A DNA stretch of 63,991 nt, filler included, from Barthelona sp. PAP020 (GCA_040182905.1; 39 parts of 39 records of this genome joined end to end with filler, not necessarily neighbours in it), one strand, 5' to 3'. Shown: positions 1 through 9,662, numbered from the whole stretch's first letter. Notes: generated by a model from the letters alone, not told the origin. Translations and numbers: made by a program.

Positions 1-1
1 T

Positions 2-100
2 GGAATCGGTCTTGAAAGATTAACTATGTTATATCTTGGTCTTGATAATATCAGAAAGACTTCATTATTCCCTCGTGATCCTCATCGTTTGTCTCCTTAG
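2..100 (+). CDS. DARS1: Cytosolic aspartyl-tRNA synthetase, C-terminal fragment
   Basis: Own translation [32 protein letters not shown]: class II motif 3 plus the eukaryotic AspRS FPRDP tail. Confidence 0.9.
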   Translation, partial: GIGLERLTMLYLGLDNIRKTSLFPRDPHRLSP

Positions 101-274
101 GTAGAATTGTTTTTAAATTGTGTTTTTTTTTCATAAATGCTTCATTTGGTCTTTACTTTTATTGTGTATTTTATTTATTCTTTTTTTTTTTCCATAATTT
201 CGCCAAAAGAAAGTTTTTGTAAACTGTTTAAAGAATAAGTTTTTTTTATCATTTAAATATATATTGTACATTAA

Positions 275-1108
275 ATGACTGAAATTCCAATTTCTTTAAA
301 TGAAAATGAACTTCAACCAACATTATTAATTTTTCCTCATTTAAAGAATGAAAATAATTTGGATTTATATGAAAATTGCACTCTTAACATCAATGAAAAT
401 ACTCAAGTGATTAAAGATTATCAAAATAATGAAATAGCAAAAGCAATTCAAATGGATAAACCAAAGAAAAAACAATTCATTCTTCAAATAGATTATGAAA
501 AAGATGGAAAACCTTTACGTGGTTATTTAGTACCTGTTAGACAATATTATGAGGCAGAAAAATCAAAAATAAACATTGATAGTTCCATTTCACATCTAAA
601 CAAAAAAATTAATTTACAATTTGACAAAGTTAAAACTGAAAATTTAAAGGTTGAGACAGAAGAAGATGAGTTTATGAGAACGGTTAACGATTTAGATTTT
701 GAAGATGCCAGATCAGATGATGAAGAATTTCCTGAAGCTTATAAAGATAAAGAGGTTGAAAAAGATATTGATGAACGGATAGTGATTATGGATTTAAAAG
801 AGGGTTTGACTGCAGAAGAACAAGAAGAATCATTAGAGACATTAAGACCAGAACATCCCAGACCTGATGTGATTTCAGCCAATGAAGTTAAAAAGGCTCC
901 TGAAATTAGTGAGTGCAGTACTCTTGAGGAACATGTTATTCACATTTTCCGCGATTATTTGAAGGTTGATCTGAAGGAAATGAAAAGACTTTTAACTTCA
1001 AGAAAAGTTTCATTTCAAAATACAGATCTTAAAAATGTGATAATTCGAGTTGCCAAGCAAAAGAAAAAAGGCGGAAAATTTTATTTGAAAGATGCCTATT
1101 TAAATTGA
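275..1108 (+). CDS. Possible TFIIF alpha (RAP74/Tfg1)-like subunit
   Basis: LVPVRQYY segment, acidic DFED..SDDEE tract and basic winged-helix-like C-terminus ending KFYLK. Confidence 0.45.
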   Translation: MTEIPISLNENELQPTLLIFPHLKNENNLDLYENCTLNINENTQVIKDYQNNEIAKAIQMDKPKKKQFILQIDYEKDGKPLRGYLVPVRQYYEAEKSKINIDSSISHLNKKINLQFDKVKTENLKVETEEDEFMRTVNDLDFEDARSDDEEFPEAYKDKEVEKDIDERIVIMDLKEGLTAEEQEESLETLRPEHPRPDVISANEVKKAPEISECSTLEEHVIHIFRDYLKVDLKEMKRLLTSRKVSFQNTDLKNVIIRVAKQKKKGGKFYLKDAYLN

Positions 1109-1344
1109 TTTTGATCACTTTTGTATATGGTCCTTTTATTAGTTTTACCTCATCGATCTTTTTTTATTAGCTTAAGATAAAATGGTATGTTGGTTTTTTT
1201 TTTCAAAAATATGTGTAATTTGGTCTTTTTATCAAACAAGTATATTCATTTAGAACATAAAATGCTCATTTAAATAAATTTCTATCAATGCTTGAAGATG
1301 AAGTGGAATTTAAGAAAGTGAAGCTAATAATTAAATAGTTTAGC

Positions 1345-1525
1345 TTTTATTAGATATTTATGAGGTATGAGTTGTTCAGTGAACAACGAAACGAGTTAGC
1401 TTAAGGTTTGGGAAAGAACTCACGTGGATTCAGATGCCCAAGTAACTTAAAAAATTGGACAAGTGACATTTTATGACCTCTTTATATCTCCAATAAATTC
1501 CGTTCATTGAGCATGAACTTCCACA
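1345..1525 (-). repeat. Repeat family B copy
   Basis: Near-identical to 5424-5523, 24588-24684 and 34840-35045; contains the GTTGTTCAnTGAACAAC palindrome. Confidence 0.9.
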
Positions 1526-1596
1526 CTAGTGTAAAAATAAGGAACAAATTTATTGTTCTTGCTTTTTGTTTTTAACCAAACTAAAATTTCAAAATT

Positions 1597-1714
1597 AATT
1601 TCCAAGCCAAGAAGTACTGTGCGTATGAGTGAATAAGAAAGAATAGTGTTTATTTGGTTAAAGGCTTTCGAGGCCCGATTGATCTGTTGAAAAACTTTAG
1701 ATTTTCTAAGGTAA
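1597..1714 (+). repeat. Repeat family A, 5' part (cut by contig end)
   Basis: TTTCCAAGCCAAGAAG...AAAGGCTTTCGAGGCCCGATTGATC shared with the other A copies. Confidence 0.9.
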
Positions 1715-1814
1715 NNNNNNNNNNNNNNNNNNNNNNNNNNNNNNNNNNNNNNNNNNNNTTAATTAATTAANNNNNNNNNNNNNNNNNNNNNNNNNNNNNN
1801 NNNNNNNNNNNNNN
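1715..1814. other. Artificial contig spacer (N44-TTAATTAATTAA-N44); first of 38
   Basis: The same 100-nt spacer, with stops in all six frames, recurs about every 1.5-1.8 kb, and contig lengths fall monotonically. Confidence 0.98.
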
Positions 1815-1890
1815 TGCAAGACTCCTCCCTCGTTTTTTCTTTTCTTTCTGTTAAAATTTTGATACCTGTGTTGAGTTAAGTGACAATTTG

Positions 1891-3063
1891 ATGAGGAAAA
1901 CAATTTACGATATGTTTCCTCCCAAAATTGATGAAAAGAGTGTGAGAGAAATTAAAAGTGTTTCTGATACTATGAATTACAGTCAATACTTACCGGACGG
2001 TAAATATTTGATGGTTCGTGACAATGAATTTTTTTATGTGATTGATATAGAAGCTGGGAAACTGGATCATACTTTAAAAGATCTTTTAAAGCACGTTTAT
2101 GACGTTGCCATTTCACTCGATGGCCAAAAGTTGGCAACATGTTCCACTGATAAGTCTGTTATTGTTTACAACCTTCCAGATTTTTCCATGTTGTGTACAT
2201 TTACTCTCGGCAAGATTGTTCGGACAATTTGTTTTTCACATTGTTCCAATTACTTATATATTGGTGATGATATTGGAAACCTTCAGAAGTGGGATATAAG
2301 TCATTGTAACTTTGTTTTGAATGAAAGAATTCACTCCTCTTTTATTTGGAGATTAGAACTTTCGTTTGATGACAAGTATCTTTTGATTGGTTGTAGTGAT
2401 ACTGTCAAGTTGGTCGATGCGGACAATTTCTGTGTTGTTCGTGAATTCAATCAAGGTCAGTATACGATTGATATCAAATTTCACCCAACTGAAAGAATGA
2501 TCGCTGTCAGTGATCAGTTGAAAGTAAAACTTTGGAACACAGACGATGGATCTCTAATTCATACATTTGAGATGGGTGATGAAGCTTTGTATCTTCATTT
2601 CCTTACACCCAGTGTTTTGCTTGTTATGTCTAGAGATGGCTATATTACATCATATAATGTGGAAACCTATCAGGAGATTCAAAAGGTGCACTGTGATTGT
2701 GAACCATATTTCTCTTCCTTTGCCATATCACCTGATAAGAAACAGTTGGTATGCGGAAAATGTAAAGGTGATATCATCAAAATCTATTCAATTGTGCCTG
2801 GCTATGATCCCTCACATGAATCGGAACTTATTCAATTGTCAAAGGATGGTGGCCATGTGTTGTCGAATCTTATTGATTTGAATATGGATACTCAAGTCAT
2901 AAGACAATTGGTAGTGGCAGGGATGTACGTGAATGAAGAGGAGTATAGCATGATCGTTGACACATGCTGGGATTTGATTGACGTCAATGAAATGAATGGT
3001 GGCAATATGCACTTATTTATGAATGAACAAAGTGATCATACTGATGATAAAGATGCTGATTAG
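1891..3063 (+). CDS. WD40-repeat protein of an expanded family with a CWDLIDxNExNGGNM C-terminal motif
   Basis: Several WD-like repeats (LATCSTDKSVIVYN, LQKWD, VKLWN); paralogs at 27812-28817 and 56448-56561. Confidence 0.85.
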   Translation: MRKTIYDMFPPKIDEKSVREIKSVSDTMNYSQYLPDGKYLMVRDNEFFYVIDIEAGKLDHTLKDLLKHVYDVAISLDGQKLATCSTDKSVIVYNLPDFSMLCTFTLGKIVRTICFSHCSNYLYIGDDIGNLQKWDISHCNFVLNERIHSSFIWRLELSFDDKYLLIGCSDTVKLVDADNFCVVREFNQGQYTIDIKFHPTERMIAVSDQLKVKLWNTDDGSLIHTFEMGDEALYLHFLTPSVLLVMSRDGYITSYNVETYQEIQKVHCDCEPYFSSFAISPDKKQLVCGKCKGDIIKIYSIVPGYDPSHESELIQLSKDGGHVLSNLIDLNMDTQVIRQLVVAGMYVNEEEYSMIVDTCWDLIDVNEMNGGNMHLFMNEQSDHTDDKDAD

Positions 3064-3627
3064 TTAGTAGAATTGTATGAAGCGTTGTCAAGATAGATCG
3101 CCTACTTTGAGGTCTAAACAATTATTCCTTTCATTTTCAGGTGGTCTTTGACATTCTTTCATTGTTCTTTTCACTGAGTTTCAATCCAATAGTGTTTGTT
3201 TCCATCAAACAATTTGTCAAATTGTTGTGTATTGGTCAGTGCAATGAAGACCCTTTTTGGAGTTTTTCTTCAACCATAATCAACCATGTTATGCCTTGAT
3301 GATCTCATGGCCTTATACCTTGTGTGAAGTGTAAATTATGTTGTTTTATCTGTTTTTCTTTTGTGATGTTTTCAGAATTTGAGATTCAATAAGAGTTTGA
3401 AGAAATGGGAGATAAGTGAAGTGGAAAAGGTAAATACATTTGCCAACAGAATCAAGCAAACAGCATGAGTCAATCAAGTTTTATTGGCAAAAATGAGGTG
3501 TTTCAGACTGTTAAATTGAAGCGAAACNNNNNNNNNNNNNNNNNNNNNNNNNNNNNNNNNNNNNNNNNNNNTTAATTAATTAANNNNNNNNNNNNNNNNN
3601 NNNNNNNNNNNNNNNNNNNNNNNNNNN

Positions 3628-3723
3628 ACCAAAACAGCAAAGATACCATGGAGTAATTTCCCCAACCCCAGTTAGTAAATATAAATTAAAGCCTTTAATT
3701 TTGCCCTTTCGTCTAACGTGAAA
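3628..3723 (-). repeat. tRNA-downstream modules C1+C2
   Basis: TTTCACGTTAGACGAAAGGGC...ACTAACTGGGGTTGGGG..., near-identical to 17860-17968. Confidence 0.9.
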
Positions 3724-3737
3724 CTATTCAATGTTGC

Positions 3738-3750
3738 AGACTCGATCCTC
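3738..3750 (-). promoter_or_regulatory. Extra downstream B-box-like motif GAGGATCGAGTCT
   Basis: Fits GWTCRANNC; 26 nt 3' of tRNA-Asn. Confidence 0.75.
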
Positions 3751-3776
3751 TTTCCCCATTTTGGGAAGACAAAACT

Positions 3777-3849
3777 CGGTTCCGATGGGGCTCGAACCCA
3801 TGACCTTTGGATTAACAGTCCAATGCACTACCGACTGTGCTACGGAACC
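3777..3849 (-). tRNA. tRNA-Asn(GTT)
   Basis: GGTTCCG/CGGAACC acceptor stem, TTGGA-CTGTTAA-TCCAA anticodon arm, GGTTCGAG T-loop. Confidence 0.97.
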
Positions 3850-4083
3850 TCACGAATAACAAAAATAATGATACTTTTATAAAATTAAGAAATCTAAATA
3901 GTTTAATAAAATGGACAATTTAACAATTTAAAAATAAATTCCAGACATCTTTAAGACAATAAATATCTAATTGTATTAAACAAATTACTGTTTTCTTATT
4001 TCCAGCTCAAAAAGCAAAGAGTATATTAGTGAATATAGGAGAACAATAATTATTTAGTTGATGATTTTTAAAAATTAATTAAT

Positions 4084-4380
4084 TTGGTCAAGTTTTGAAA
4101 CAAAATTATTAATTTTCAAAGAAAGAGCAACAAAGAAAACTCATTTCTTTAAATCGCAGCCATAGAAAACGTAAGGCTGCAATTGAATCTTGGTCATCAA
4201 GTATGAAAATTTTGAAAAATTATCCATCCCTTTTTTCTATATTTTTGCAAAACCAAAATTTTAAATTTTATATTTTACCTGGGAAAATCTAAAGTTTGCA
4301 ACAGATCAATTGGACCTCGAAAGCTTTTAACCAAATAAACACCATTCCTTATTATTCACTAATACACATCTTCTTGGCCT
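4084..4380 (-). repeat. Repeat family A, diverged near-full copy, 234 nt upstream of tRNA-Asn
   Basis: Aligns by eye along its length with 21707-22018. Confidence 0.85.
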
Positions 4381-4527
4381 AGAGTTGAAATGGATAGGTG
4401 AAGGCAAAGTGATTCATTGTAAAAATAATTCTTCGAAGGAATAGAAATAAAGACCTGTTATTTATTTATCATTTGAGATGCTGTTTTCAATTTTTGGGAA
4501 GTTTGGTATCATTAAAAAAAAAAATGA

Positions 4528-4602
4528 GTTCACAAGCCATTTATTTTTGGCGAATCGAAAATTTCCGATTCTTCCTTTTTCCCTCAAGGTACAGAACTTT
4601 TT
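4528..4602 (+). repeat. Repeat family D (part shared with 40884-40959)
   Basis: About 75 nt near-identical to the reverse complement of 40884-40959. Confidence 0.85.
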
Positions 4603-5086
4603 CTTAACCTACCCCAAATTTTTCACCTGTTACGGTGAATGCATGAAAACTTGCACAATTAAAATTAATTTTAAAAAAATATCGGAGCGTTAAGCTCTTT
4701 TGAGCAATTAGTAATGCAATATTTCACACCCTGCATTGGGCATAGTTCTCCTATGACAGCCTATGAAAGAATAGGTCTCAAAAAGAGAGGTTCCTTTCTC
4801 GAACGCTGGACCCCCGAAAAGAATAAAGATTAAGGTTTATTATTTATTAGTCAACTAAGTTTTCCCAGTCTCTGATTTGGGAAAGTTCTGCAAAAGGTTC
4901 GTACAAGAAGAAAAATAAAATATCTGAAAAATAAGTTATCATTCTATTCTAATTTATAGTTTCTTATTCCAAGTATTAATCCCCAGTTGACTTGAGGAAT
5001 GACACAGATTTCCAAGGTTTGATTTTGGATTTTGCAATGGAAATATAGTAAATATGTAAATGCAAAGTGCCACTATTTGACTAATT

Positions 5087-5323
5087 CTAATTCGTTTCAA
5101 CTTGTTTCTTGCCATTATCATCTTCATATTCAATTTCAATGATAGGTTCTGTTCTTTCCAAATGAATTTTTTCTGTTTCGTATTCATCCTCATCATCCTC
5201 ACTGTCAAAATCGATATCATCATCACCCATATCATCATCAACAACAAAGGGTAAGTCATTGAGATCGAATACTGGTTCTTTTTCTTCCTCTAAATCCTCA
5301 ATTTCCATTTGATCAACTGATTG
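5087..5323 (-). CDS. Acidic C-terminal fragment, possibly Mak16
   Basis: D/E-rich tract followed by IEIEYE; 5' end cut by the contig. Confidence 0.4.
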   Translation of the reverse strand, partial: QSVDQMEIEDLEEEKEPVFDLNDLPFVVDDDMGDDDIDFDSEDDEDEYETEKIHLERTEPIIEIEYEDDNGKKQVETN

Positions 5324-5423
5324 NNNNNNNNNNNNNNNNNNNNNNNNNNNNNNNNNNNNNNNNNNNNTTAATTAATTAANNNNNNNNNNNNNNNNNNNNN
5401 NNNNNNNNNNNNNNNNNNNNNNN

Positions 5424-5523
5424 TACTTGGGCATCTGAATCCACGTGAGTTTTTTCCCAAACCTTAAGCTAACTCGTTTCGTTGTTCACTGAACAACTCA
5501 TACCTCATAAATATCTAATAAAT
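5424..5523 (+). repeat. Repeat family B copy
   Basis: TACTTGGGCATCTGAATCCACGTGAG...AATATCTAATAAA. Confidence 0.9.
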
Positions 5524-5737
5524 TAAAATAAATTAAAATAAATTTTCTTTTAAATTGGTGTCAAAAAAAAAAAAAAGCATTTCACACAAAAATTTGAAGC
5601 ACATTTATTTTTTTAAGGAAAATAAATTTAACACATGAAAAGGGAATTGGGAAAAAAAAAAAAGGGGAGGGGGGATGGGAAAATGGAGATACTGCTTAAA
5701 ATCTCTTTTAATCTTTTTTTAATAAGCACCAATTGAC

Positions 5738-6679
5738 ATGAAAGTTTTATTAATTTATTACAGTACCACAGGAAATACCGATTTCATTGCGAAAGAAATC
5801 AGAAAAATCATGATAAAAAAAAATCATGAAGTTGACCTTTTCAATTTTAGGGCTGAAAATCGAAAAATTCTTCAAGGAAAATCCATTGATTATGAACTAT
5901 GGAAAAATTACGAATTATTTGGTTTTCTATCACCAACTTGGGGTTTTCAGCCTGTTGACTTTTTTGATAAATTTATTAAGTCAATTCCTGATGAAGTTTT
6001 CATTGAAAAATATTTCTTTAGTGTAGCGTTACATGCTGGAAACCCAGGTAGAACTAATAAAGACATCTTCTTTTCCATTATGAACAAAAATATGGGTTCT
6101 AAATTTGTAGGACAAACTCATGTTTTTGGACCTTCTAATTTTATTCAAGGAGGAAGACTGGAAGAAAATAGATATAAATATGTTTGGTCAAGGAAGCATT
6201 TCAGACATTTGCCTGATTTTGTGCAAAAAATATTTGAAAACATTGATAACAATAATATTATTGATGGAAAAATGGATGGTTTATTCAGTGGATTGTTTGG
6301 AAAAATTATTCCTAGAAGTCTGATGGGAGGTAGCATTAGATTTAGTCCTGAAACTTGTACTGGTTGTCAACGTTGTGTGAAATATTGTCCAACTCAAGCT
6401 ATTAAGTCAATTAAGAAAGACGAAAATGGTACTCTTATTATTGACTATGATGATAACATTTGCATTGGATGTAGTGGATGTGTGCAATATTGTCCCACTC
6501 ATTCTTTAAATATTGGTCGTTCTGTAGGCAAAGAGAGATATTATTTCAAGAAGAACATCGTTGTTGACACTGACTTCGATCCTTATTTTGTTAGAAATGA
6601 CCGTGCCAGTGAAATATTTGGCGATCTTGATACGAAAGAGGAAATTGCAAAGGAAAATGTTTCAGATGAAGAATTTTGA
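5738..6679 (+). CDS. EFR1-type flavodoxin / 2x[4Fe-4S] ferredoxin fusion
   Basis: N-terminal YYSTTGNT flavodoxin loop; CTGCQRCVKYCP and CIGCSGCVQYCP motifs. Confidence 0.9.
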   Translation: MKVLLIYYSTTGNTDFIAKEIRKIMIKKNHEVDLFNFRAENRKILQGKSIDYELWKNYELFGFLSPTWGFQPVDFFDKFIKSIPDEVFIEKYFFSVALHAGNPGRTNKDIFFSIMNKNMGSKFVGQTHVFGPSNFIQGGRLEENRYKYVWSRKHFRHLPDFVQKIFENIDNNNIIDGKMDGLFSGLFGKIIPRSLMGGSIRFSPETCTGCQRCVKYCPTQAIKSIKKDENGTLIIDYDDNICIGCSGCVQYCPTHSLNIGRSVGKERYYFKKNIVVDTDFDPYFVRNDRASEIFGDLDTKEEIAKENVSDEEF

Positions 6680-6940
6680 TTGTTTTCAACTTTGTGAATG
6701 TGAACTTGGAAATAAACATTGAATTGGGTGGGATATTTTTTTTTGTCAAGCTGAAAAGAATCAAGGTAAAAACTCAAAAGCCTGATGGAATTGCTGGAAA
6801 GAAATGTCAAACTGATTATTTGGCTTTGAAAAAAAAAAAAAATTAATTTTCCTTTACATCTTTAAACTTTTACATTTTAAGGACACACAAAACAATCTCA
6901 GCCCAGACACAGTTTAGGCAACATAAAAAATCTAACAGAA

Positions 6941-7114
6941 CTACCTAAAAATGTTTTTATTCCGTAAACTTCTACGAGCATTGTTCAAGTCTCTTTCAAT
7001 TAGACTCTTTTCATACTGGAATCTACGATCTGTTTCCAAACGACTTTGTTGAATCTCCTCATCAATATCACGATCCCTCCTTTTTTCCTCTTCATATCTT
7101 CTTTGCTTCTCCGC
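6941..7114 (-). CDS. Coiled-coil protein, 3' fragment
   Basis: Open frame AEKQRRYEEEKRRDRDIDEEIQQ...KNIFR* running from the contig end. Confidence 0.55.
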   Translation of the reverse strand, partial: AEKQRRYEEEKRRDRDIDEEIQQSRLETDRRFQYEKSLIERDLNNARRSLRNKNIFR

Positions 7115-7216
7115 ANNNNNNNNNNNNNNNNNNNNNNNNNNNNNNNNNNNNNNNNNNNNTTAATTAATTAANNNNNNNNNNNNNNNNNNNNNNNNNNNNN
7201 NNNNNNNNNNNNNNNG

Positions 7217-8869
7217 GAAGATCTTGATAATATTGTTACAATAACGTTAACGGAAACAGATACGTGTATTTTATTTAACATGCCTAGTATTGCATATTCT
7301 GTGCAAAACGAAGAGCTCTCTAGAGAAGTTATTGCAGCAAACGATAGATATACTTCACAAAGATCAAAATATGCCGAAACTGGTGGTGACTTAGTCACTG
7401 AAATGGCTATTCAAACATTTAAACCACCAAATAAAACCAAATCAACTTTAACCCATAGAACTGCATTTAAATCTGCAAATATTCAAGTATCTCCTGCAGA
7501 CTTGTATGAATTCGAAAACAAAGATATCTCTAATTTCCTAGAAAGTGACACTTTACCTTCAAATGAAAAAGATGAGAATCCTATGCAAGGGAAAACCTTA
7601 TTATTCTTTGAAAAGGTCATTTCAACAAATCTTCATGCTAATTTATTGAGAAATATGTTTATATTTGAGACTCATTATCTAAACTCCAGTGGTGAAGTCG
7701 TTTCCACTTTAAAAGCTCAACATATTTTGTCTATCTCCAGTAAGCGAGTTCCTGGCGTTAGTTCTGATTTATCTGTTGTTGGAATCAAATGTCACCCTGT
7801 AAACCCTTTGATCTTTGCTGTTGCATATGGTCATCTCGAGTATGATGGTATTTATCACCCAGGATTCATTACATTATGGCATTTTACTAATTTAATGGTA
7901 CCGGCTGGTGTTATTGAAGTGCCTGCAACACCAACTGCAATTGTATGGTCTAAACTATCAATGAATACTTTAGCTGTTGGGTTAAGAAATGGAGATACAT
8001 ATTTCCTCGATTGTTCTGCTTCACCAATATCAATTATTTCTTCAACTAATTTTGATAGTGGTAGACACCTAGCTGCAATTTGGGCTATGGATTTTGTTGA
8101 TGCTTATGGACCGTCTGGTCAAATTGATGAAGGCTTGGTAACTGCTGGTGTTGATGGGCAAGTTCGTCTTCATATGCCTCAACATTCTCGTGTTTCTTCT
8201 TTGATGAAGTTAAAGAATGTCAGAAATACTGTGAGAGCTGAGCCAGTTACAGAACCATTTATTACTCGTCATGCTATGGCTTTATCTTTAGATTTTAATC
8301 CTGATGATACGTTGAACTATATTGTAGGTACTGCAGGTGGTCCAATTATCAGATGTTCACGAACCTATAGTGAACAGTATCTTCAACTATATCAAGGTCA
8401 TTCTGAAGCTGTTTATCAAACACGTTATTCTCCACATGCAAGCAACGTTTTTCTTTCATGTTCTGAAGATTGGACTATACGTGTGTGGTCTGAAGAATCT
8501 GCGGAACCTTTAATGACTCTGTTTGTACCAACTAGAAAAGAGGCCATATATGATGTTGCGTGGTGTCCATTTAAGTCAACTGCTTTGATTGGAGCAGGTG
8601 GAGTAAACAATGATATTTCGGTGGAATTGTGGGATTTAGCAAAAAGTACTGCTTCTCCTATGGATACTCTTTCTTTGGAGGGGGGAAATGTCACTAGATT
8701 AGAATTTTCAAAAAAATATCCATTTTTTATTGCTGGAACACAAGATGGCAGCATTCATTTTGTCAAAGTTCGAGGAATTGAGGAATATACCCCAACTGAA
8801 GAAAATAAAAATGAACAAGCCAAGCTTCTCACAAACACTTTGCACAGTGTGACTCAAAGTTTTGATTAA
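7217..8869 (+). CDS. DNAI4: Axonemal dynein intermediate chain, WDR78/IC138-like (5' partial)
   Basis: Frame is open to the contig start (TITLTETDT); motifs FAVAYG, YIVGTAGGPIIRCSRTYSEQYL and FLSCSEDWTIRVW. Confidence 0.85.
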   Translation, partial: EDLDNIVTITLTETDTCILFNMPSIAYSVQNEELSREVIAANDRYTSQRSKYAETGGDLVTEMAIQTFKPPNKTKSTLTHRTAFKSANIQVSPADLYEFENKDISNFLESDTLPSNEKDENPMQGKTLLFFEKVISTNLHANLLRNMFIFETHYLNSSGEVVSTLKAQHILSISSKRVPGVSSDLSVVGIKCHPVNPLIFAVAYGHLEYDGIYHPGFITLWHFTNLMVPAGVIEVPATPTAIVWSKLSMNTLAVGLRNGDTYFLDCSASPISIISSTNFDSGRHLAAIWAMDFVDAYGPSGQIDEGLVTAGVDGQVRLHMPQHSRVSSLMKLKNVRNTVRAEPVTEPFITRHAMALSLDFNPDDTLNYIVGTAGGPIIRCSRTYSEQYLQLYQGHSEAVYQTRYSPHASNVFLSCSEDWTIRVWSEESAEPLMTLFVPTRKEAIYDVAWCPFKSTALIGAGGVNNDISVELWDLAKSTASPMDTLSLEGGNVTRLEFSKKYPFFIAGTQDGSIHFVKVRGIEEYTPTEENKNEQAKLLTNTLHSVTQSFD

Positions 8870-9002
8870 ATAGTGCGTTCTTTGTAAATCTTGTGTTTTA
8901 TTNNNNNNNNNNNNNNNNNNNNNNNNNNNNNNNNNNNNNNNNNNNNTTAATTAATTAANNNNNNNNNNNNNNNNNNNNNNNNNNNNNNNNNNNNNNNNNN
9001 NN

Positions 9003-9100
9003 GCAGCCACTCATTTTCTGTGGCTGAGATTTAATGAAATGAGTTTTCTCTGATTACTTTTTCTTTGTAAATAAATATAGTTGTTTCACAACTTGACCAA
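9003..9100 (+). repeat. Repeat family A 3' end, 237 nt upstream of tRNA-Phe
   Basis: GCAGCCACTCATTTTCTGTGGCTG...CACAACTTGACCAA. Confidence 0.9.
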
Positions 9101-9337
9101 AATATTGAAATTGAATTAACTACAATCTTATTGTTTTTCAATATAATTAATTTTTTATTCATAAATAATTAATTTAAATAAAAATTTATTCTTAATTAAT
9201 ATTAAAATATAATATGATTAATAAAAATCTCTTTAATTTCCCTATCAAAATTTGAAATAACTCAGATGTCTAAACATAATAAATCAAAAACAATTCAACC
9301 CATTCATGTTGTTTCCAAACTTTAGCTTTTTTTCAAC

Positions 9338-9412
9338 GCGTCTTTAGCTCAGTTGGTAGTTAGCGTTAGACTGAAGATCTAAAGGTCCCGAGTTCAATCC
9401 TCGGAAGACGCA
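9338..9412 (+). tRNA. tRNA-Phe(GAA)
   Basis: GCGTCTT/AAGACGC acceptor stem, TTAGA-CTGAAGA-TCTAA anticodon arm, followed by a T5 terminator. Confidence 0.96.
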
Positions 9413-9437
9413 ATTTTTCTAAAGAATTCTTTGAGAT

Positions 9438-9450
9438 GAGGATCGAGTCT
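9438..9450 (+). promoter_or_regulatory. Extra downstream B-box-like motif GAGGATCGAGTCT
   Basis: 25 nt 3' of tRNA-Phe. Confidence 0.75.
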
Positions 9451-9464
9451 GGCAATTAGGGAAT

Positions 9465-9662
9465 TTCAACAATGGAGAAGACAATTCACGTTAGACGAAA
9501 GGGCAAAATTAAAGGCTTTAATTTATATTTAGGTGTGTTATTGAAATGAGTAGTTGGGAAAGCCTTGAATTTGAATCCTGGCTGTTTGAAATGACTTAGT
9601 TCCGATTGAAAGATTGGACGATATTGAATCCCTAAAAAAAAGAAATGACTTCAATAACTTTG
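9465..9662 (+). repeat. tRNA-downstream modules (TTCAACAAT stub, C1, body of C3)
   Basis: Matches 3675-3723, 13957-14132 and 17682-17827. Confidence 0.9.

Noticed and set aside
1759..1770. Regularly recurring TTAATTAATTAA
   Set aside because: Artificial six-frame-stop linker inside N spacers; ORFs running into X/N are truncated artefacts.
9485..9500. GTTAGAC/GTTAGGT in C1/C3 heads match the integron core site GTTRRRY
   Set aside because: No paired inverse core or attC hairpin, no gene cassettes and no integrase; other module heads lack the motif.
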